Source: Fidelibacterota bacterium UBA2986
GTDB lineage: Bacteria; Fidelibacterota; Marinisomatia; Marinisomatales; AB-629-J13
Assembly: GCA_002346675.1 (NCBI GenBank)
Contig: DEAI01000006.1
Coordinates: 9,565 to 73,564, forward strand
DNA: 64,000 bases
Direction: 5' to 3'
A model generated the notes under the pieces. It was not told the origin of the DNA, ran no database searches, and saw only the letters and a program-made list of their open reading frames with translations. Below, in pieces: positions 56,873 through 64,000 of this stretch. Positions within the stretch are counted from its first letter, which is position 1. Each line of letters opens with the position of its first letter. Both the position numbers and the translations under genes were made by a program.

Positions 56873-58507
56873 ATGAATGACACACCCTATAACATCCCAA
56901 AACCAGAAAATGAGCAGATAAAAAGCTATGCACCTGGCTCACCAGAAAAGATTTCACTAAAAGCAAAAATTACTGAGTTAAAATCTATCCACATTGAAAT
57001 CCCGATCATCATTGGCGGAGAAGAAATAAAAACCGGAAACACAGGTGATTGTGTTATCCCCCATAACCATCAACATGTTTTGGGTACTTTTCACAAGGCA
57101 GGTGAAAAAGAAATTCAGCTTGCCATAGGCTCTGCCCTAGAAACGTGGAAGTGGTGGTCCAAAACTCCCCTTGAGAAAAGAGCAAAGATATTTTTAAAAA
57201 TGGCAGATCTTTTAGCAGATTCATGGAGGGACACAATCAATGCTGCTACAATTCTAAATATGAGCAAAAATGCTTTTCAGTCAGAAATTGATGCAGCCTG
57301 TGAGCTCATAGATTTTTGGAAATTCAATGCCTGGTTTGCTCAGGAGTTATATCAGCAGCAACCCATGTACTCGCCAGATGGAATGAAAAATTCCACAGAG
57401 CACCGTTCATTGGAAGGATTTATTTTTGCTGTGACACCATTCAATTTTACCAGTATCGCCGCCAACCTCCCCTCTGCTCCAGCTCTTATGGGAAATGTAG
57501 CTCTCTGGAAGCCAGCATCCAGCACAGTTTACCCCGCATATTTTCTTATGAAATTATTCAAAGAAGCGGGACTTCCGGATGGTGTAATAAACTTTATTCC
57601 TGGAGATGGCTCCGTTGTTGGACCCTCCGTTATGAATCATCCCGATCTTGCTGGTGTTCATTTTACAGGGTCAACCGCTGTATTTCAAAATATGTGGAAA
57701 ACTGTTGGTGAAAATATTTCAAAGTATAAATCATATCCCCGTATTGTGGGAGAAACCGGTGGAAAGGATTTTTGTATTGCACACGAGTCGGCACATATCG
57801 ACGGTTTGGTTACATCAATGGTAAGAGGTGCTTTTGAATTTCAGGGACAAAAATGTTCTGCACTCTCCAGAATCTATATTCCATCAACAATTTGGAGAGA
57901 GGTAAAAGAAAAATTTACAGCGGAAGTAAAAACAGTTAATATGGGAGACCCTGAGGATTTTACCCATTTTGTAAATGCTGTCATCGATAAATCTGCATTT
58001 GATTCCATTACCAGATATATTGACCACGCAAAGCACTCTGATGAAGCGGAGATTTTAGTGGGAGGAAATTACGATGATTCAGTTGGGTATTTTATTGAGC
58101 CAACTGCAATATTAACCACCAATCCTATTTATAAAACCATGGAAGAAGAAATATTTGGTCCCGTTCTAACCATTTATGTTTATAACCCAGAAGATTGGGA
58201 TGAAACATTAAAACTGGTAGATTCCACATCTCCCTATGCCTTAACAGGTGCTGTTTTTGCTAGCGAACCGAGCGTGATAAATGAAGTAAAACAAAAGTTG
58301 TGTCACTCTGCAGGTAATTTTTACATCAATGATAAGCCTACAGGTGCGGTAGTTGGCCAGCAGCCATTCGGAGGAAGTAGAGCATCGGGAACCAATGATA
58401 AAGCCGGTTCCATTTTTAATTTGATTCGATGGGTCTCCCAGCGAACCATAAAAGAAACGTTTGAACCACCTTCAGATTACAGATATCCATTTATGGATGA
58501 AAAATAG
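56873..58507 (+). CDS. pruA: L-glutamate gamma-semialdehyde (1-pyrroline-5-carboxylate) dehydrogenase, ALDH family
   Basis: 544 aa. FNFT.I, WKPS, ETGGKDF (catalytic Glu), FEFQGQKCSA (catalytic Cys) and EEIFGPV. The long N-terminal extension is typical of the stand-alone P5CDH group. Confidence 0.85.
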   Translation: MNDTPYNIPKPENEQIKSYAPGSPEKISLKAKITELKSIHIEIPIIIGGEEIKTGNTGDCVIPHNHQHVLGTFHKAGEKEIQLAIGSALETWKWWSKTPLEKRAKIFLKMADLLADSWRDTINAATILNMSKNAFQSEIDAACELIDFWKFNAWFAQELYQQQPMYSPDGMKNSTEHRSLEGFIFAVTPFNFTSIAANLPSAPALMGNVALWKPASSTVYPAYFLMKLFKEAGLPDGVINFIPGDGSVVGPSVMNHPDLAGVHFTGSTAVFQNMWKTVGENISKYKSYPRIVGETGGKDFCIAHESAHIDGLVTSMVRGAFEFQGQKCSALSRIYIPSTIWREVKEKFTAEVKTVNMGDPEDFTHFVNAVIDKSAFDSITRYIDHAKHSDEAEILVGGNYDDSVGYFIEPTAILTTNPIYKTMEEEIFGPVLTIYVYNPEDWDETLKLVDSTSPYALTGAVFASEPSVINEVKQKLCHSAGNFYINDKPTGAVVGQQPFGGSRASGTNDKAGSIFNLIRWVSQRTIKETFEPPSDYRYPFMDEK

Positions 58508-58543
58508 GACAAACACTTGAACAATCAAGATCAGATATGATAT

Positions 58544-59824
58544 ATGACCATTCGATCTGAAATAAATCCACTGAAAAAAGTTATCGTTCACACTCCTGGA
58601 GTTGAGCATCAATACACACTTCCGGAAAATACATTCGAATGGACAAAGGATAGAGATGGTAAAATGATTCATAACCCCGATTATTTGTTGTTTGATGATC
58701 TTATCTCACCTTCTCTCATGAAAGATGAGCACTCTCAATTGGTCTCAATCTTAAAAACATTTACTGGAGATAAAAATACACTGCAATTCTGTGACCTACT
58801 TTTGGATGTGCTAAATAATGATGGTGCAAGGTCTGACCTTTTGGAACAATGTCTAGCGCTAGATAATGAACTATACAAATGTGATCTTTCATTTGATAAA
58901 CAAATGATCTTGGATTTGGATCCTTTTCAATTTTTAAATGTGTTATTATCTGGAAGAATGAACAAAAACGGAGTTCATCATTATCTAAGATGGCCTTTAC
59001 CCAACCTTATTTTTACAAGAGATATAGCAGTAATGCTTGGAAATACACTTCTTCTAACCTGGGGAAAGCGGAATGTGAGAAAAAGAGAAATGCTTTTAAC
59101 CAGTTTTCTAGCTTATAATCAGTCTATTTTTGAACCAATAGCTCTGTTTGATTTCCACAAACTATACCCGGACTTATCTATTGAAGGGGGCGATATTATC
59201 CTGTTTGATGAGAGCACTCTGTTCATAGGGCTAAGTGAGCGAAACTCAAAAGAATCAATTGATGGTATTTTACCCTTATGCTATGAAGAGGGCTTTAATC
59301 AGATCATTGTAGTAGATTTACCAAAAACCAGAGCTATCATGCACTTAGATACAATTTTTAGCCGAATCAGTGAAGAAGATATCTTAGTCTATCCCCCTTT
59401 ATTTCACCAAAAAGAAATAAAGGGTCAAACCATTTCATTTTATTACATTGAGAAAAATCAATCAATTTTTGATGTAAATCCGGTTAACCATTCATTAGAA
59501 AATTGTTTAAAAGAAATTGGATATAATTTGAACCCGGTCTATTGCGGAGGGAAAGAACCTATTTCACAGGAACGTGAACAATGGTCAGACGGTGCTAACG
59601 CATTTGCACTTGAATCAGGTAAAATCATCAGCTATGCACGAAACCAGGAGACTTTGAAGGAACTAGAAAAGTTTGATTATAAATCTATTGATGCCGTAAC
59701 ATATTGCAGGGAAAAGGATCACTGGTTGAACTATGATGGAAAACTGAATATTACGATTGACAGCGCTGAGCTACCCCGGGGAAGGGGCGGCCCTCGATGC
59801 CTCACTATGCCGTTGGACAGATAA
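58544..59824 (+). CDS. arcA: Arginine deiminase-family (guanidino-group modifying) enzyme
   Basis: EINPLKKVIVHTPG.E, IMHLDTIFS and C-terminal GRGGPRCLTMPLDR (catalytic Cys motif). Confidence 0.8.
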   Translation: MTIRSEINPLKKVIVHTPGVEHQYTLPENTFEWTKDRDGKMIHNPDYLLFDDLISPSLMKDEHSQLVSILKTFTGDKNTLQFCDLLLDVLNNDGARSDLLEQCLALDNELYKCDLSFDKQMILDLDPFQFLNVLLSGRMNKNGVHHYLRWPLPNLIFTRDIAVMLGNTLLLTWGKRNVRKREMLLTSFLAYNQSIFEPIALFDFHKLYPDLSIEGGDIILFDESTLFIGLSERNSKESIDGILPLCYEEGFNQIIVVDLPKTRAIMHLDTIFSRISEEDILVYPPLFHQKEIKGQTISFYYIEKNQSIFDVNPVNHSLENCLKEIGYNLNPVYCGGKEPISQEREQWSDGANAFALESGKIISYARNQETLKELEKFDYKSIDAVTYCREKDHWLNYDGKLNITIDSAELPRGRGGPRCLTMPLDR

Positions 59825-59826
59825 TA

Positions 59827-60771
59827 ATGTCAAAAACTGTATTAATTGGATTAGGTGGGAATGCTCTAGCACCTAAAGAAGAAAAGGGAGATGTTCAGCA
59901 ACAATTTGCTCGTACAAGAAAAACTCTTTCAGAGGTAATGGAATTTGTGCGCCAGGGATACAACATATGCCTTACTCATGGAAATGGGCCACAAGTTGGA
60001 GCTGAACTACATCGTATGGATTTAACATATGACGCTATCCCTCCTCTCCCTCTGGGAGTATGTGTTGCAGGTACACAGGGCACGATAGGATATATGATTC
60101 AGCAGTCCTTTCAAAACGCGTTAAGGATTGAAAATATAGACCGGGAAGTTGTAACATTAGTTACCCAGGTTAGAGTGGACGAAAGAGATCCTTCAATTAC
60201 CAACCCAACAAAATATATTGGAAAAAGATATTCAAAAGAAGAAGCTCATAATTTGAGTGTAAAATTTAATTGGAAAATAAAGGAACAGGAAATAGACTGC
60301 TGGAGACGAGTAGTCCCATCTCCCGATCCACTATACATTTTACATGGGAAATCTATTCGTGCCTTGGTGGAAAGAGGTACCATAGTTCTTGCTGCAGGCG
60401 GAGGTGGAATACCCGTTTACAATGATGAGAGGAATTTATTGGAAGGTTTAGATGCGGTGATTGATAAAGATTTAACCGCAGCAAAACTGGCTTGGATTGT
60501 AAGAGCTCACGAATATTATATTATCACAGACGTTGACAAGGTTTATTTAAATTATATGCAGAAAAACCAGAAACCTATCCATGAGATGACTGTCTCTGAA
60601 ACATTAAAATATCAATCTCAAGGTCAATTTCAAAAAGGTAGTATGTTTCCAAAAATGAGATCTGCCTTATATTTTTTAGAACATGGTGGACAAAAAGCTG
60701 TCATTACTAACGTAGCACAACTAAAGGATGCAATTAATGGCAATGCCGGGACAACAATTATTAATGATTAA
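59827..60771 (+). CDS. arcC: Carbamate kinase
   Basis: MSKTVLIGLGGNAL, THGNGPQVG, AAGGGGIPV and VIDKDL. ATG 59827 lies directly after the arcA stop. The track's upstream extension overlaps arcA. Confidence 0.88.
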   Translation: MSKTVLIGLGGNALAPKEEKGDVQQQFARTRKTLSEVMEFVRQGYNICLTHGNGPQVGAELHRMDLTYDAIPPLPLGVCVAGTQGTIGYMIQQSFQNALRIENIDREVVTLVTQVRVDERDPSITNPTKYIGKRYSKEEAHNLSVKFNWKIKEQEIDCWRRVVPSPDPLYILHGKSIRALVERGTIVLAAGGGGIPVYNDERNLLEGLDAVIDKDLTAAKLAWIVRAHEYYIITDVDKVYLNYMQKNQKPIHEMTVSETLKYQSQGQFQKGSMFPKMRSALYFLEHGGQKAVITNVAQLKDAINGNAGTTIIND

Positions 60772-60785
60772 TATATAAACCAACA

Positions 60786-61958
60786 ATGAAAATACACGAA
60801 TATCAAGCAAAAGAATTATTTAGAAATTACAATGTAAATATTCCTAACAGCTATCCAGCATTTTCAGTTCAAGAAGCGTTAGAGGCTTATGATAAATTGG
60901 ACAGCGAAACAGTTGTAATTAAAGCACAAATCCATGCCGGAGGAAGAGGCAAAGGAGGTGGTGTTAAACTAGCACATTCAAGAGATGAAGTAGAGTCTAT
61001 TTCATCTTCTATCTTAGGAATGAATTTAGTTACACACCAAACTGGATCTGAGGGGAAAAAAGTTCAGCGATTACTTATTGAGTCTGGTGTTAACATCGCT
61101 TCTGAGTTCTATGCAGGTATTGTTTTGGACCGTGTAAAAAGACAATTTGTTTTTATGGTTTCCACAGAAGGAGGTGTGGAAATAGAGAAAGTGGCTACAG
61201 AAACTCCCGAAAAAATTATCAAAGAATGGATTAATCCAGATACCGGCTTAACTCTAGAACAAGCAATTTCTCTGGGGAAATCTCTGGAATTAACCGATGA
61301 ACAAATTCATTTTTCTACAGAAATTTTTATCGCGCTTTGGAATGTTTTTTATGAAATGGATTGTTCTCTTTTGGAGATCAATCCTCTCGTGGTTACTCAA
61401 GAGAATGAGGTGATGGCTTTGGATGCAAAAATGAATTTTGATTCCAATGCACTATTTTTCCACCCAGAACTTGAAAATTTGAGAGATGAAAGCGAAGAAC
61501 ATCCTGCTGAGCTAGAGGCATCCAAATACAAATTAAATTATATAAAGTTAGATGGTAATGTTGGATGTATGGTAAACGGCGCTGGGCTTGCAATGGCCAC
61601 GATGGATATAATCAAACTACATGGCGGTGAACCTGCAAATTTTCTTGATGTGGGCGGTGTAGCAAATCCTGAAACAGTTTCAAATGGATTTAAGATCACA
61701 CTATCAGATACAAATGTAAGATCAATTTTAATCAATATATTTGGTGGAATTGTACGCTGTGATCGAGTAGCCCAGGGAGTGATTGAGGCAATGAAAACTG
61801 TCAAGGTAGATTTGCCGGTAATTGTCCGGCTAGAGGGAACCAATGCCAAAAAAGCTGGAGAGTTATTAAATAATTCTCCATTAGATTTTATAGTTGCCAC
61901 CAGTCTCAGTGATGCAGCTGAGAAAGCAGTATCCGCTGCTATAGGAGGTTCAAAATGA
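60786..61958 (+). CDS. sucC: Succinyl-CoA synthetase beta subunit
   Basis: [12 protein letters not shown], an ATP-grasp region, [18 protein letters not shown] and [10 protein letters not shown]. Confidence 0.95.
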   Translation: MKIHEYQAKELFRNYNVNIPNSYPAFSVQEALEAYDKLDSETVVIKAQIHAGGRGKGGGVKLAHSRDEVESISSSILGMNLVTHQTGSEGKKVQRLLIESGVNIASEFYAGIVLDRVKRQFVFMVSTEGGVEIEKVATETPEKIIKEWINPDTGLTLEQAISLGKSLELTDEQIHFSTEIFIALWNVFYEMDCSLLEINPLVVTQENEVMALDAKMNFDSNALFFHPELENLRDESEEHPAELEASKYKLNYIKLDGNVGCMVNGAGLAMATMDIIKLHGGEPANFLDVGGVANPETVSNGFKITLSDTNVRSILINIFGGIVRCDRVAQGVIEAMKTVKVDLPVIVRLEGTNAKKAGELLNNSPLDFIVATSLSDAAEKAVSAAIGGSK

Positions 61959-62830
61959 GCGTTCTAGTAGGAGATAACACTCGTTTGATCATTCAAGGTA
62001 TTACAGGAAAAGAGGGCTCATTTCACGGAGAGCAGATAAAGGATTATGGCACAAATTTAGTGGGCGGAGTCACCCCTGGAAAAGGAGGACAAACTGCATT
62101 AGGTGTGCCGGTATTTAATTCAGTTAAGGATGCCAGATCTCAAACGGGAGCAAATACATCTGTTATTTTTGTGCCTCCCCGATTTGCAGGAAAAGCAATC
62201 ATTGAATCTGCAGAATCAGGGATTGATTTAATTATTTGCATTACAGAAGGTTTACCAACTATGGATATGGTAAAGGTCAATAATGTCCTTAAGAATCTCC
62301 CCGCTCGCCTTATCGGGCCCAATTGTCCCGGAATCATCTCCCCGGGGAAGGCCAAGATCGGTATTATGCCAGGGTTTATACATGAACAAGGCGAGATCGG
62401 AGTTATCTCGCGGTCTGGAACTCTCACTTACGAAGCGGTACATCAACTGGTAGCAGTTGGATTAGGTCAGTCCACTTCTGTGGGTATTGGAGGCGACCCA
62501 ATCATCGGAACCACCTTTATTGATATGCTTGAATTGTTTGCCAAAGATGGAGGAACCAGCGGAGTGGTTCTAATCGGTGAAATTGGAGGATCAGCTGAAG
62601 AAGAAGCCGCACAATGGGTCATTGATAATAAATTCACAAAACCCATTACAGCTTTTATAGCTGGGCAGACTGCACCTCCAGGAAGACGGATGGGGCATGC
62701 AGGAGCTATTATTTCCGGCGGCCAAGGGACCGCTGATGATAAAATAAAGGCTTTAAAGTTAGCTGGTATTCATGTAGCAGACAGTCCAGCAGAAATTGGT
62801 ATAACAATGGAAAGAGCACTACACTCATAA
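61955..62830 (+). CDS. sucD: Succinyl-CoA synthetase alpha subunit
   Basis: [27 protein letters not shown] and GHAGAII (phospho-His). 4-nt overlap with sucC. Confidence 0.95.
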   Translation: MSVLVGDNTRLIIQGITGKEGSFHGEQIKDYGTNLVGGVTPGKGGQTALGVPVFNSVKDARSQTGANTSVIFVPPRFAGKAIIESAESGIDLIICITEGLPTMDMVKVNNVLKNLPARLIGPNCPGIISPGKAKIGIMPGFIHEQGEIGVISRSGTLTYEAVHQLVAVGLGQSTSVGIGGDPIIGTTFIDMLELFAKDGGTSGVVLIGEIGGSAEEEAAQWVIDNKFTKPITAFIAGQTAPPGRRMGHAGAIISGGQGTADDKIKALKLAGIHVADSPAEIGITMERALHS

Positions 62831-62836
62831 TTGTAA

Positions 62837-63274
62837 TTGGAGAAAATAAAATTGAAAACAAGAACTTTAGCCATCATTAAACCCGATGCAGTTGCATCTG
62901 GTCATACAGGAAAAATAATCAGTAGAATTACCAATGAAGGTTTTTCGATTTTAGGTTCAAAACAAATTAAAATGAATCTTTCGCAGGCAGAGGGATTTTA
63001 TGATATACACCGAGGAAAACCATTTTTTGAGGAATTGACACAATTTATGAGTTCAGGTTCTTGCATTGTTCTCGCTCTTGAAAAAGAGAATGCTGTGAAG
63101 GAATGGAGGAATGTCATTGGGGCAACTAACCCTGATGAGGCAGACGAAGGTACCATCCGAAAGCTTTATGCAAAAGATCTAGGACAAAATGCTGTGCATG
63201 GCTCAGACTCTGCTGAGAATGGGCAAAAAGAAATTGCTTATTTTTTTGCAGAATTTGAATTAATCTTAAATTGA
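62837..63274 (+). CDS. ndk: Nucleoside-diphosphate kinase
   Basis: RTLAIIKPDAV, GATNP and NAVHGSDS (active-site His). The likely true start is TTG 62852 (GGAG 9 nt upstream) rather than TTG 62837. Confidence 0.9.
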   Translation: MEKIKLKTRTLAIIKPDAVASGHTGKIISRITNEGFSILGSKQIKMNLSQAEGFYDIHRGKPFFEELTQFMSSGSCIVLALEKENAVKEWRNVIGATNPDEADEGTIRKLYAKDLGQNAVHGSDSAENGQKEIAYFFAEFELILN

Positions 63275-63326
63275 TTCATCCATTATTTTATCTTAGTTTA
63301 TCAAAGTAATTAAAAAGTTTGGTCCA

Positions 63327-64000
63327 ATGCGGATGATAAAATATTTTTTATTTTCAATTTATCTGGTTGTCTATTTAAGCGGCTGTGAAAAAACAAAGCC
63401 AAGTGGTTACATCGGAGAATCTATAACACTAACAGCAAAAAATCTGGATAATATTAAATCCTTAAAATATAAATGGACTATCTCTGAGAAACCAGAAAAT
63501 AGCAAAATCAAATTAGATAGTGTAATTATATCAGAAGATGAATCATCTTTATCGTTTGTTCCTGATTTTGTAGGCCACTATAGTCTCAGAGTGTCACTAT
63601 CCTGGTATGGAGAGGTCATTTCAATACAATCATTCTCACTAGAAATCGCCGAAAATGTAAAAAATGAGGTTAAATTAATAAAAACGGAACCATCGCCTAC
63701 ATCACCTCCATCATCTAGCTGGAAAGAAGATGATAAATCATGGTTGGAAGATTCAATTAAAAAACCGATCTTTAATAAAACTATTGAACCATCCTCCTCT
63801 TTTTTTAACCCTCCAAAGGACTCAAGTTTTTATACCATTCAGGTCGCCGCAAAAAAGGACGAAGAGAGTGCAGATATATTTATGAAAGAAATGCATGGAA
63901 ACGGATTCGATGCGTATATTCAAAGATATTATAAAAAGAAATCCAATGAATTGTGGTATAGGATCAGAGTTGGGGCTTTCAATTCTAAAGATTCCGCAGT
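63327..64000 (+). CDS. Lipoprotein with a C-terminal SPOR (peptidoglycan-binding) domain, 3'-truncated by the window end
   Basis: Not in the ORF track because there is no stop in the window. ATG 63327 MRMIKYFLFSIYLVVYLSGC (lipobox) ... FYTIQVAAKKDEESADIFMKEMHGNGFDAYIQRYYKKKSNELWYRIRVGAFNSKDSA fits the SPOR pattern. Confidence 0.7.
   Translation, partial: MRMIKYFLFSIYLVVYLSGCEKTKPSGYIGESITLTAKNLDNIKSLKYKWTISEKPENSKIKLDSVIISEDESSLSFVPDFVGHYSLRVSLSWYGEVISIQSFSLEIAENVKNEVKLIKTEPSPTSPPSSSWKEDDKSWLEDSIKKPIFNKTIEPSSSFFNPPKDSSFYTIQVAAKKDEESADIFMKEMHGNGFDAYIQRYYKKKSNELWYRIRVGAFNSKDSA

Overview
AT-rich chromosomal segment, probably from a marine bacterium of the FCB-group type. That assignment rests on three T9SS/Por-type C-terminal sorting tails and a Fibrobacter-type paralogous-domain lipoprotein. 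No phage, transposon, CRISPR or recognisable defence genes were seen.

**Layout**
- 18-17689: two tandem giant minus-strand genes (about 3,330 and 2,472 codons). They encode extremely acidic, Cys-paired, highly modular secreted proteins, and the DNA looks visibly more GC-rich than the rest of the window.
- 18.1-46 kb: a dense housekeeping block. It holds a CBS/CysK-like gene, uvrC, mce, trkHA, murA, recN, nnr, acpS, secG plus tRNA-Leu, tpiA, pgk, gdhA, phhA and a TerC-family gene.
- 46.8-52.2 kb: a four-gene envelope thiol-redox cluster.
- 52.4-64 kb: glnS/gltX, a DMT transporter, pruA-arcA-arcC, sucCD, ndk, and a SPOR lipoprotein that runs off the window end.
- Five tRNAs: Leu-GAG, CAT, Arg-ACG, Glu-CTC and Gln-CTG.

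**Most interesting calls**
1. The ORF track truncates gene 46838-48622. The frame is open from a Shine-Dalgarno-preceded ATG and signal peptide, and is broken only by one TGA. That TGA sits exactly at the first Cys of a thioredoxin-type WCxxCP motif and is followed by a GC hairpin. A Cys-containing paralog lies next door. This is a candidate T9SS-sorted selenoprotein.
2. The giant proteins contain several repeated modules I cannot assign to any family.
3. A TetR gene is interrupted by an in-frame TGA.
4. A 996-aa protein combines two receiver-like domains with a PEP-utilising ATP-grasp domain.

All homology calls come from motif recognition by eye. No searches were run.
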